DNA of 64,000 nucleotides, from assembly GCA_046290465.1 (NCBI GenBank), contig JBKAGP010000001.1:5568001-5632000 (forward strand). Reading direction: 5' to 3'. Both the position numbers and the translations under genes were made by a program. Each line of letters starts with the position of its first letter. The stretch's first letter is position 1. This document shows, piece by piece, positions 20,320 through 29,389 of this stretch. The notes under the pieces are model-generated. The model was not told where the DNA came from. It saw only the letters and a list, made by a program, of their open reading frames with translations, and did no database searches. This DNA is from Planctomycetota bacterium (GTDB taxonomy: Bacteria > Planctomycetota > UBA1135 > UBA2386).

Positions 20320-21335
20320 GCCTGCCAACCAGACTGACCCTCCTGCTGCTGGTCGTCGGCGCCTTCGTCGGCGTCGTCGCCGTGCTGTCGACCGGCGGCG
20401 CGCCCGACCGCGTCGACGCTGCCGGCGTGCGCTGGGAATCGTCCCGCCAGTGCCGCGACTGCCACCAGGCGCTCTACGACGAGTGGTACGGATCGCACCA
20501 CCAGATCGCGTTCACCAACCCGGAGGTGCGCGAACTCAGCGACGACTTCCGCAAGGAGGAGTGCATGGACTGCCACTTGCCGCGGCCGCTCGCGGTCACC
20601 GGCTTCGGCAGGCGCACGCTGCCGCGCCGCACGCACTTCGACGAAGGCGTCAGCTGCATCACCTGCCACCTGGCGCCCGACGGCGGCATCCTCGGCCGCA
20701 ACGACCGGCCCGAGGTGCCGTGTCGGCCGCAGGCGAGCAAGGAGTTCCTGGCGGTCGACACGTGCGCGTCGTGCCACAACCAGCACGGCACCACCGACCA
20801 GTACCGCCAGAGCCACTACGCGCGCCAGGGCACCGACTGCGCGTCGTGCCACATGCCGGAGGTCGAGCGGGTGCGCGCCGACGGCAGCCGTCGCATGGGG
20901 CGCAAGCACGTCTGGGACGGTTGCCACGACGAGCGCACGCTGCGGAGCGCGGGCCGGTTCGTCGTCGCCCACGAGCAGGGCGAGCTGGTGCTGTCGCTCG
21001 AGAACGTCGGCGCCGGCCACAACTTTCCGACCGAAGAACGGCACCGCGCGGTCGACATGGTCTACCGCTTCGTCACCGAGGCGGGGCCAGGCCCGTGGCA
21101 GCGTGCCTGGCGCTTCCGGCAGCCGTACCGAGACGAGCAGGAGCCGATCAACCCCGGCAACGCTTCTGGCGAGAACACCCAGCTGCCGGCCGGCGCGACC
21201 AAGGCGGTGCGCGTGGCGGTGCCCGACGACGCGGTCGCCGCGGAGGCGCGGCTGTGGTACCGGCTGACCCCGTTCGTCGGCGACGACAGCCCGATGAGCA
21301 CGCTGCTCGACGAGCAGAAGGTGGTGCTGCGATGA
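20316..21335 (+). CDS. Membrane-anchored pentaheme c-type cytochrome (c554/c552-like)
   Basis: Five CxxCH motifs (CRDCH, CMDCH, CITCH, CASCH, CASCH); GAGHNFPT; N-terminal TM; ATGA overlap with the ATPase gene. Confidence 0.88.
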   Translation: MSLPTRLTLLLLVVGAFVGVVAVLSTGGAPDRVDAAGVRWESSRQCRDCHQALYDEWYGSHHQIAFTNPEVRELSDDFRKEECMDCHLPRPLAVTGFGRRTLPRRTHFDEGVSCITCHLAPDGGILGRNDRPEVPCRPQASKEFLAVDTCASCHNQHGTTDQYRQSHYARQGTDCASCHMPEVERVRADGSRRMGRKHVWDGCHDERTLRSAGRFVVAHEQGELVLSLENVGAGHNFPTEERHRAVDMVYRFVTEAGPGPWQRAWRFRQPYRDEQEPINPGNASGENTQLPAGATKAVRVAVPDDAVAAEARLWYRLTPFVGDDSPMSTLLDEQKVVLR

Positions 21336-22624
21336 TCGGCTCGGCACGGCTCGCCGCAGGCCGGGCGTCGGCCAGTGGCCTGCTGGGTTCGCTCGCGTGC
21401 GCGCTGCTGTTCGCGGCCTGTGGACGCGGGCCCGCCGAAGCCGCTGCACCTGCAGCCACGCCGCTGCCGGCGCTGCAGCTGCGGCCGATGCTGGCAGAAC
21501 TGCGTCGGATCGCCGCCACCCGGCAGGCGCCCGACGAGGCCGCGCAGCGCACGCTGCGCGAGTATGCGTCGGTCGCGCTGCAGCGTGAGCAGGCCGATCC
21601 GCGCACGGCGGCACTGGTGACGCGGCGGCTGCTCGAGGACCCGCAGGCGTGGTTCGTGCTCGAGCCGGCATTGCTCGACGACGACCCCGGGATCCGGCAG
21701 CGCGCCGCCTGGCTGTGCGGCGAGTCGCGGCAGGCCGCGCTGGTGCCGTCGCTGCTGCTGCGCTTGAAGTACGAACTCGATCCCGTCGCGGTGCTCTGGG
21801 TGGCCGACGCGCTGGCCAGGCTCGGCAACGACGCCGGGTTGTCGTGGCTGGCGGGTGCGTTCGAGAACCCCGATACCGCGCCGCAGGCGGGCCGGATGGC
21901 GATCGACGCGCTGCGCGCGCGCGGCGTCGAGGTCGGCGGCGAGCCGTCCTGGGACGATCTGCGGCGGCTGCTCGATGACCAGCTGCGACACTTCCGCGCG
22001 ACCGGCCGTTCGCGGTTGGTCGACGAGGTGCAGCTGGACGAGGGCCAGCTGCGAGCCCAGCTGGCGCACCACCTGCAGACGCCCGAAGGCACCCAGCTGC
22101 GACCGGTCGACGATGCACGCTACATCCTCAACCGGCTCGGCGCCGGCGGCGTGCCGATGTTGATGGCGACGCTGCACGCCGAGGAGCACTACCTGCGCAC
22201 GATGCCGCTGCAGGTGCTGGCCGAGCTCGGTCCCGCCGCCGTCGACGCGGTGCCGGCGGTGCTGCCGCTGCTGGCCGATCCGCTGACGTCGTCCTACGCG
22301 GTGCGCGCGCTCGGCGAGATCGGCGCGGCCGAGGCGCTGCCGCACATCCGGCCGATGCTGGCCGACGTCGACACCGAGCTGCGCGCGGCGGCGACGCAGG
22401 CGCTCGGCCTGCTCGAGGATGCGCCGAGTCGCGCGGCGCTCGAGGCGCGGCTCGCCGACGAGGCCGAGGTGGTCGACGTGCGCGTCGGCGCGGCGTTCGG
22501 CCTGCTCTGCATGGGCGAGCATGCGGCGGCGCGTCGCTACCTCGAACGGCGCAAGGCCGAGGGCGACTACCACGAGCCGACGCTGACGCGACTGCTCGAG
22601 CGACTAGCGGCCAGGAACGGCTGA
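21332..22624 (+). CDS. HEAT-repeat lipoprotein
   Basis: FAAC lipobox; repeats such as IRQRAAWLCG, AVRALGEIG, RAAATQALG; ATGA overlap with the cytochrome gene. Confidence 0.78.
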   Translation: MIGSARLAAGRASASGLLGSLACALLFAACGRGPAEAAAPAATPLPALQLRPMLAELRRIAATRQAPDEAAQRTLREYASVALQREQADPRTAALVTRRLLEDPQAWFVLEPALLDDDPGIRQRAAWLCGESRQAALVPSLLLRLKYELDPVAVLWVADALARLGNDAGLSWLAGAFENPDTAPQAGRMAIDALRARGVEVGGEPSWDDLRRLLDDQLRHFRATGRSRLVDEVQLDEGQLRAQLAHHLQTPEGTQLRPVDDARYILNRLGAGGVPMLMATLHAEEHYLRTMPLQVLAELGPAAVDAVPAVLPLLADPLTSSYAVRALGEIGAAEALPHIRPMLADVDTELRAAATQALGLLEDAPSRAALEARLADEAEVVDVRVGAAFGLLCMGEHAAARRYLERRKAEGDYHEPTLTRLLERLAARNG

Positions 22625-24193
22625 TCCTGCGCCGCCAGTCGCCTGCGCCGCACCGGCGGTGCCGTCGAACAGCGCCTGCAGCTTCGGCCACAGCACCTGC
22701 GCCACCTCTCGGCCGAGCTCGAGGCCGACGACGTTGTCGGCCTGGATGTGGTAGCCGCCGAGCACGCGGCTGATGCCGGCGAGCTCGGCCGCCTGCCGGA
22801 ACGTGGCGATCGGGATGCGCACGTCGCAGGTCAGCGGTTGGCCGTCGGGTCCCGGTATCGGGAACACGCCGTCGACCTGCTGCATCTGGTCGCAGCTGAC
22901 GCCGGCCTCGGTCAGTTCGCCGGCGACGCGCTCCTCGAGCACGCCGAATCGGTCGCTGCCGGTCAGCAGCCGCAGGATCTCGGCGCAGCCGCCGCTGACG
23001 GTGCTGTGGCCCGACGGGTAGCCAGGGAACGGCGGCGTGATGAAGGTCGACGGCGAGTACGGGTGCCACTGCGAACCCTTCATCTCGACGACGCCCTTGC
23101 CGGGGCCGGCCCAGCCGCGGATCGTCGCGTCCGGGTAGTAGTGGCGGACCAGCGTCCACGGTCGCGACGAGTCGTAGTGGCGCTTGGCGTCCCACGACGC
23201 GATGAACGTGTCCATCGCGGTGACCGCGACCGCCAGGAACAGCTTGACGTCGGCGTCGAGGTCGTTGCCGTCGCGCACCGAGACGTCCTGCGCGAACCGG
23301 AGCCAGTGGCCCGACTGGCCGGTCGAGCGCGGACCGTCGCGCATGAACTCGACCAGTGCCTTCTGGTCCGGGTCGAGCGACGCGTTCATCGCGAGGACCT
23401 CGTCGACCTCGCGGCGCAGCTGCTCGGAGCCGACCAGCGGCGGCGGTCCGGGGCGCAGCTGGTCGCCGCGTTCGAGGCCGAACGGCTGCACGTGCAGCCA
23501 GTGCGGCGTCAAGAACGGCACCACCACCTTGCCGCCGTTGCCGTCGTCGAACGGGATCGGCTGCCAGCGGTCCGGGTCGCGGATCTCGTCGACCGGGTTG
23601 ACCGGTCGGTAGTCGGTGTAGTCCGAGTAGGGGCCGCCGCGGCTGCCGTCGCGGTCGCCGAGCTGGTTGGCGCCGTCGTGGTGCCGTTCGGTCACGATCC
23701 GCGCGGCGATGCGGCGGCCGAGCGCCCCGGCGCTGTCGTCGTCGAGTTCGGCATCGGGGTCGTAGCCGAGGCCCTGCATCTGCTCGCGCAGGTAGTCGCG
23801 GTGGTGCGGGTACTGGTCGATGCAGGCGTCGAACATCGCGTAGGCGATCGCCGCGCGCCGGTTGGCGTCGGTGCGCTCGGCCGGCGGACGGCGCAGCGAC
23901 GCGCCGAAGTACGGGCCGACCGCGACGTCGTCGAAGGCGGCCCACGCCTCGTACATCGCGATCGTCGGGATCGCCATCTGCCGCGACAGGATCGTCGGCC
24001 GGGCGCCGATGCGTTCGACGTCGCGCGCGGCGGCCTCGAGCATCACGTCCATCCAGACGAACGCGAAGCTCTTGTCGTGGCCCTTGGGCGCCTGCATGTG
24101 ACGGACGTGCATGCCGTCGAGATCAGTGGATGCGCAGGCGCCGGCGAGGGCGGCGGCGACGGCCGTGGCGAGAAAGAGGCGGAGCCGCTTCAT
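22604..24193 (-). CDS. Vanadium-dependent haloperoxidase-like lipoprotein (PAP2 superfamily)
   Basis: WDAKRHYDSSRP, TPPFPGYPSGHS, SRVLGGYH; LAGAC lipobox. Confidence 0.85.
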   Translation of the reverse strand: MKRLRLFLATAVAAALAGACASTDLDGMHVRHMQAPKGHDKSFAFVWMDVMLEAAARDVERIGARPTILSRQMAIPTIAMYEAWAAFDDVAVGPYFGASLRRPPAERTDANRRAAIAYAMFDACIDQYPHHRDYLREQMQGLGYDPDAELDDDSAGALGRRIAARIVTERHHDGANQLGDRDGSRGGPYSDYTDYRPVNPVDEIRDPDRWQPIPFDDGNGGKVVVPFLTPHWLHVQPFGLERGDQLRPGPPPLVGSEQLRREVDEVLAMNASLDPDQKALVEFMRDGPRSTGQSGHWLRFAQDVSVRDGNDLDADVKLFLAVAVTAMDTFIASWDAKRHYDSSRPWTLVRHYYPDATIRGWAGPGKGVVEMKGSQWHPYSPSTFITPPFPGYPSGHSTVSGGCAEILRLLTGSDRFGVLEERVAGELTEAGVSCDQMQQVDGVFPIPGPDGQPLTCDVRIPIATFRQAAELAGISRVLGGYHIQADNVVGLELGREVAQVLWPKLQALFDGTAGAAQATGGAGSAVPGR

Positions 24194-24280
24194 GCCCGCA
24201 TGCTACGCATTCGTCGCGGCGCGTGGGGGGTCCGATTCACCCGGATGCGCCGGGCGGCGCGACGGCCTACGCTGTCGGCC

Positions 24281-25267
24281 ATGTCCGTCCGCTCCGTGAC
24301 CAGCCTGCAGCCGCCGCGCGCGGACCTGCGTTCGCTCTATCCAGAGATCGAGCCGTACGACCACGGCCACCTCGCCGTCGACGACCATCACCAGATCTAC
24401 TACGAGCAGTGCGGCAACCCCGACGGCAAGCCGGTGGTGTTCGTGCACGGTGGCCCCGGCGGCGGCGCCGGTGAGGACTACCGGCGGTTCTTCGATCCGG
24501 CCGCGTACCGGATCGTGCTGTTCGACCAGCGCGGCTGCAAGCGCAGCCGCCCGTACGCGAGCCTGCAGGACAACACGACCTGGGACCTGGTCCGCGACAT
24601 CGAGAAGATCCGCGAGCACCTGGCGATCGAACGGTGGCAGGTGTTCGGCGGCTCGTGGGGCAGCACGCTCAGCCTCGCCTACGCGCAGCAGCACCCCGAA
24701 CGCGTCACCGAACTGGTGCTGCGCGGCATCTTCATGCTGCGGCGCAAGGAGCTGCTCTGGTTCTACCAGGAAGGCGCCAGCAACATCTTCCCCGACGCGT
24801 GGGAGAAGTACCTCGAGCCGATCCCCGAGGTCGAGCGCGGCGACCTGATGAGCGCCTACTACCGGCGCCTGACCAGTGACGACGAACGCACCCGCGTCGC
24901 GGCCGCGCGGGCGTGGTCGATCTGGGAGGGCACGACCAGCCTGCTCTACCGCGACGAGAAGAAGATCGCCGAGACCGGCGCCGACGACTTCGCGGTGGCG
25001 TTCGCGCGCATCGAGTGCCACTACTTCGTGCACGGCGGCTTCTTCGAGACCGAGCAGCAATTGCTGCGCGACGTCGACAAGGTGCGCCACATCCCGACCG
25101 TGGTGGTGCAGGGCCGCTACGACGTCGTCTGCCCGGCGCGTTCGGCGTGGGACCTGCAGCGGGCCTGGCCGGAGTCCGAGCTGGTGATCGTCGAGGACGC
25201 CGGCCACTCGGCGTTCGAACCCGGCATCCGCAGCGCGCTGCTCGAGGCGACCGACCGGTTCCGATAG
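24281..25267 (+). CDS. pip: Proline iminopeptidase
   Basis: LYPEIEPY, HGGPGGG, FDQRGC, FGGSWGSTL, QGRYDVVCP, DAGHSAFEP. Confidence 0.95.
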   Translation: MSVRSVTSLQPPRADLRSLYPEIEPYDHGHLAVDDHHQIYYEQCGNPDGKPVVFVHGGPGGGAGEDYRRFFDPAAYRIVLFDQRGCKRSRPYASLQDNTTWDLVRDIEKIREHLAIERWQVFGGSWGSTLSLAYAQQHPERVTELVLRGIFMLRRKELLWFYQEGASNIFPDAWEKYLEPIPEVERGDLMSAYYRRLTSDDERTRVAAARAWSIWEGTTSLLYRDEKKIAETGADDFAVAFARIECHYFVHGGFFETEQQLLRDVDKVRHIPTVVVQGRYDVVCPARSAWDLQRAWPESELVIVEDAGHSAFEPGIRSALLEATDRFR

Positions 25268-25323
25268 GCCGGCCGCGCAGCGTCCGGTTGACGGCCCGGG
25301 TGGCCGGGCCGCATCCTGCTGGC

Positions 25324-27387
25324 ATGGTCGCCCATCGTCTCGCGTCCCTGCTGCTCGTCGCGCTGCTCGCTGCCTGCGCGACGCGTCGGCACGACGTCGT
25401 CGTCTACGGCTGCACGTCGGCCGGCGTGATCGCCGCGGTGCAGGCGCACCGCATGGGCCGTTCGGTGGTCGTGGTCGGGCCGGACCGCCACCTTGGCGGG
25501 CTCTCGTCGGGAGGACTCGGCTGGACCGATTCGGGCAACAAGGCGGTCATCGGCGGACTGGCGCGCGAGTTCTACGGCCGCATCCATGCGCACTACGCCG
25601 ACGACGCGGCGTGGCGCTGGCAGCCGCGCGCCGACTACGGCAACCGCGGCCAGGGCACGCCGGCCACGGACGGCGACACCCGCACGATGTGGATCTTCGA
25701 GCCGCACGTCGCCGAGGCGGTGTTCGAGCAGCTCGTCGCCGAACATCGCATCGAGGTGCACCGCGACGAGTGGCTCGACCGCGAGCACGGGGTCGAACGC
25801 GACGGGGCGCGCATCCGTTCGATCACGATGCACTCGGGCCGGCGGTTCGACGGCGCGATGTTCGTCGACGCGACCTACGAGGGCGACCTGATGGCGGCGG
25901 CCGGGGTCTCGTACACCGTCGGCCGCGAAGCCAACGACGTCTACGGCGAGACGCTCAACGGCGTGCAGACGGGGCGGGCGCGCTCGCACCAGTTCGACCG
26001 CGACGTCGACCCGTACGTGGTGCCGGGCGATCCGACCTCGGGGCTGCTGCCGCGCATCCACGCGGGCCCGCCCGGCCAGGACGGCGACGGTGACCATCGC
26101 GTGCAGGCCTACTGCTTTCGCACCTGCATGACCGACCACCCGGACAACCGGGTCGCGTGGCCGAGGCCCGACGGCTACGACGCCGGCCAGTACGAGCTGC
26201 TGCTGCGCTACCTGCAGGCCGGCGGCCGCGGGGTCTTCAACAAGTTCGACCCGATCCCCAACCGCAAGACCGACACCAACAACCACGGCGCGTTCTCGTT
26301 CGACGACATCGGCGCCAACTACGGCTATCCCGACGGCAGCTACGCAGAACGCCGCGCGATCGTGGCGGAGCACGAGGTCTACCAGAAGGGGCTCTTGTGG
26401 TTCCTCGCCAACGACCCGCGCGTGCCCGAGGACGTGCGCACGCGCATGCAGCGCTTCGGGCTCGCCGCCGACGAGTTCGTCGACAACGGCAACTGGCCGC
26501 ACCAGCTCTACGTGCGCGAGGCGCGCCGCATGGTGTCCGACTGGGTGCAGACCGAGCGCCACCTGCGCCGCGAGCTCGACACGCCGCGGCCGATCGGCAT
26601 GGGCTCCTACAACATGGACAGCCACAACGTGCAGCGCTACGTCGACGCCGACGGCCACGCGCGCAACGAGGGCGACATCCAGATCAACCCGGGCGGCCCG
26701 TACCCGGTCGACTACGGCGCGATCGTCCCGCGCAAGGGCGAGTGCCAGAACCTGCTGGTGCCGGTGTGCCTGTCGTCGTCGCACATCGCCTACGGCTCGA
26801 TCCGGATGGAGCCGGTGTTCATGATCCTCGGCCAGTCCGCGGCCACCGCGGCCGTGCTGGCGCTCGAAGAAGACGTCGCCGTGCAGGACGTCGCCTATGA
26901 CCGCCTCGCCGAACGCCTCGAGCAGGACGGCCAGGTGCTGCGCCTCGAGGGCGCGCGCGGCGCGCCGTTCGTCCGCCTCGACCGGCTAACCGGCATCGTC
27001 GTCGACGACACCCAGGCCTGGCTCGAAGGCCCGTGGCGCATGTCCAACATCCAGGCCGGCGTGCACCGCGGCTACCGCCACGACCAGGCGCGCGGCGACG
27101 GCTCGTGCCGCGCGACCTTTGCTGCCGAGCTCGAACCCGGGTGCTACGAGGTGCAGGTTGCCTATACCGCGCATCGCAACCGCGCGTCGAACGTGCCCGT
27201 CGAGGTGCGCGCGGGGCGTGAGGTCTACCGTGTCACCGTCGACCAGCGGAAGGCTTCGGCGGGGGGCGAGGGCTTCCACACCGTGGGCGCGTGGATGCTC
27301 GGTGGTCCGGTGGAGGTGGTCGTGCACAACGATGGGGCAGACGGGCACGTCATCGTGGATGCGGTGCGTTTCTTGGTGAAGCCCTGA
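25324..27387 (+). CDS. FAD-dependent oxidoreductase lipoprotein with C-terminal xanthan-lyase/Golvesin-like module
   Basis: DVVVYGCTSAG, GGLSSGGLG, DATYEGDLMA, YVREARRM, GSIRMEP; C-terminal NRASNVPV...VIVDAVRF. Confidence 0.85.
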   Translation: MVAHRLASLLLVALLAACATRRHDVVVYGCTSAGVIAAVQAHRMGRSVVVVGPDRHLGGLSSGGLGWTDSGNKAVIGGLAREFYGRIHAHYADDAAWRWQPRADYGNRGQGTPATDGDTRTMWIFEPHVAEAVFEQLVAEHRIEVHRDEWLDREHGVERDGARIRSITMHSGRRFDGAMFVDATYEGDLMAAAGVSYTVGREANDVYGETLNGVQTGRARSHQFDRDVDPYVVPGDPTSGLLPRIHAGPPGQDGDGDHRVQAYCFRTCMTDHPDNRVAWPRPDGYDAGQYELLLRYLQAGGRGVFNKFDPIPNRKTDTNNHGAFSFDDIGANYGYPDGSYAERRAIVAEHEVYQKGLLWFLANDPRVPEDVRTRMQRFGLAADEFVDNGNWPHQLYVREARRMVSDWVQTERHLRRELDTPRPIGMGSYNMDSHNVQRYVDADGHARNEGDIQINPGGPYPVDYGAIVPRKGECQNLLVPVCLSSSHIAYGSIRMEPVFMILGQSAATAAVLALEEDVAVQDVAYDRLAERLEQDGQVLRLEGARGAPFVRLDRLTGIVVDDTQAWLEGPWRMSNIQAGVHRGYRHDQARGDGSCRATFAAELEPGCYEVQVAYTAHRNRASNVPVEVRAGREVYRVTVDQRKASAGGEGFHTVGAWMLGGPVEVVVHNDGADGHVIVDAVRFLVKP

Positions 27388-27818
27388 TGGAGGCCAAGAG
27401 GCGACAGCCCGGCCGGCACCGGCGGCACAGCACCAGGCCTCCACGGATCGTCTCGCCGGGCAGGCATGCCGCGCGGGCTGCCGGTGCCGCACTCCTGTCC
27501 CTCGTTGCAGCGTCGCTGGCAGCGGTGTCCGTCGAGGCCGCGCCGATCGGTGGTGACTACCAGGGAACGGCGCTGGCGATCTTTCCCGGCACGGTGCTGA
27601 TGTTCATTTTGTCGATCGCGGCACAGTCCTACCTCCATGGCGCGCAGCGCTGGTGGAGGTGTGCCTGTCTGCTGCTTGCAGGGTTCGCTGCGTCGGCGCT
27701 CCTTGTTCACGTGGTGGACGACAGCGGCAAGGGGCTCCTGGTCATCTGGTTCGTCGTCACGCTTGCCTTCGCGTTCTTACGGGAGCGTCGCGGGCGTAGA
27801 GGGCGTCGCTGGGAGTGA
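27387..27818 (+). CDS. Hypothetical small membrane protein (about four TM helices)
   Basis: TGATG coupling to the upstream gene; four hydrophobic segments; atypical codon usage. Confidence 0.5.
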   Translation: MEAKRRQPGRHRRHSTRPPRIVSPGRHAARAAGAALLSLVAASLAAVSVEAAPIGGDYQGTALAIFPGTVLMFILSIAAQSYLHGAQRWWRCACLLLAGFAASALLVHVVDDSGKGLLVIWFVVTLAFAFLRERRGRRGRRWE

Positions 27819-27985
27819 ATTAGTTTGCGTGTTGTGCGGTGTGAGATACGTAGAATATATGCGGCAAGTTTTTTTATTGCATTGCGATGGTTGCTGCGGC
27901 GGGTGCCGGCGCTAGGGTCTGGTCGGTGCGCGAGGTGCAGGTCCCTAATGGTCTGCCGGAGGACCGTGCCGTTGGAAGAGGAGGC

Positions 27986-28462
27986 GTGCCGAGAAAACCG
28001 TTGTCGTTGGTGTTCGCAGGTTTGTGTTCGCGGCCTTGATGGCGCCGATCGCTGGCAGTGCCTTATGGGCTTACCCAGACAGCTGTGCGCTGTACTGGTT
28101 GCCACCTGGAACCGGAGGCTACCATCGTTGATGGGGTCTTGCATCCCTACACCTGTGGCGGGTTGTGTGAGAGCGGAGACTGCACGATCGGCAATCAGTG
28201 TGCCGACACCGACGAGAGCGGGCCCGGCCTTTGAATTCAGTGTTTCTGCGGCGGGCAGTTGTCCGACCCGGAATGTCGCGGGACGGTGTACTACAACATA
28301 GAAGGGAATTGGTATGACGAACAATGTCTCGGTGGGTGCAGCGATACGTGCCTGACGTGTCAGGACATCGATGGGCAAAGCGCAGACGAAGTCGAGGGGC
28401 GCGGGGCGGATGCGATCTTGACATGCGAGTGTCGAGCGCCAGGCGGGAGTAGCGGCGGATGA
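27986..28462 (+). pseudogene. Disrupted Cys-rich, probably secreted small protein
   Basis: One frame with 15 Cys downstream of 28040, interrupted by in-frame TGA at 28037 and 28232; a signal-peptide-like stretch lies in an adjacent frame; start uncertain. Confidence 0.5.
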
Positions 28463-29139
28463 GATCTGTAGGTGGGGTCGTGCTTGCGGGTGCGGTGTTG
28501 GTCGCGGGGGCGGTCTTGCTGGCGCAGATGTTTGCGGAGGTGTCCGACCCGGAAAGCGGTAAGGAGAGCCACGCACGGCAGACAGACGCACGAGGTGTTG
28601 TGTCCGCGGTGACAAAGCCCCAGCAGGCGGCGCCGGATCGGATGGAGGTTCGCGGGGGCGCCGCGGATGCGGGCGTGGATATCGAGGTGGTCGACGCGAC
28701 CGGAGCGCCCGTCGCCGGTTGCCGCGTCGTCGCGACACGTCGGCAGGTTCGGTCTGCGCGCGCGATCGACAACGCCCGCAGTCTGGCCGCGCTCGACCTG
28801 GTCTTCGACGGCGCTTGTAACCAAGCGGGGCCGGCCCGGGTCCCGCTGGGCGACGAGGACGTCTATGTGCGGGTCTGTTCGCCGCAGGGCCTGTTCGCCG
28901 TTGGCGCTGAGCGCATCGTGGCGGGCGCCCGGCTTCCCGAGCGGTATGTCGTGCCCACGCTCGTGGGATGCGCCTTCCATCTTGCAGATGGCGCTGTTGC
29001 CCGACACGTTCGCTGTGAGTCCGAAGGCTTGTCACCAGCCGGCCTGGACGAGCTGGTGCGACTGGGCAACGAGGCGCGTGATGCAGTGGCCAAGGTGCCG
29101 TCGCGGTACGATCCGGTGTCGCTGGACTGGATCCCCTAG
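28459..29139 (+). CDS. Hypothetical membrane-anchored protein, possibly 3'-truncated
   Basis: ATGA overlap; N-terminal TM; EVVDATGAPVAG (carboxypeptidase-regulatory-like strand). Confidence 0.55.
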   Translation: MRSVGGVVLAGAVLVAGAVLLAQMFAEVSDPESGKESHARQTDARGVVSAVTKPQQAAPDRMEVRGGAADAGVDIEVVDATGAPVAGCRVVATRRQVRSARAIDNARSLAALDLVFDGACNQAGPARVPLGDEDVYVRVCSPQGLFAVGAERIVAGARLPERYVVPTLVGCAFHLADGAVARHVRCESEGLSPAGLDELVRLGNEARDAVAKVPSRYDPVSLDWIP

Positions 29140-29223
29140 GCGCTCGCGCGGGGGCGATCAGGAACGTGGCCGCCAGTGGTGGGCATCAGCCCTTTCGGCA
29201 CCTTCCGCAGCTGTCGGCGGGAT

Positions 29224-29299
29224 TGGTGGGCCGTGCTGGATTCGAACCAGCGACTTCGACCTTGTGACGATCGCACTCTACCAACTGAGTTAACGGCCC
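29224..29299 (-). tRNA. tRNA-Val(CAC)
   Basis: GGGCCGT TA ACTC AGTTGGTA GAGT G CGATC GTCACAA GGTCG AAGTC GCTGG TTCGAAT CCAGC ACGGCCC A CCA; complete cloverleaf, 76 nt, encoded CCA. Confidence 0.96.
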
Positions 29300-29389
29300 A
29301 CGACGACACCGTGGCGGCGTCGAGGGCGGGGAAAGCTACCGATCCCGGCGCGCGTTCGCAAGCCCTTCTCCGAACGGTCCCACGCCCGC

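Noticed and set aside
27825..28301. 158-aa Cys/Arg-rich ORF in the track
   Set aside because: A different frame has more protein-like composition and couples to the next gene; this one looks like a shadow ORF
27300..29299. Intact prophage or ICE at tRNA-Val
   Set aside because: No integrase, phage or conjugation genes, and no att duplication seen
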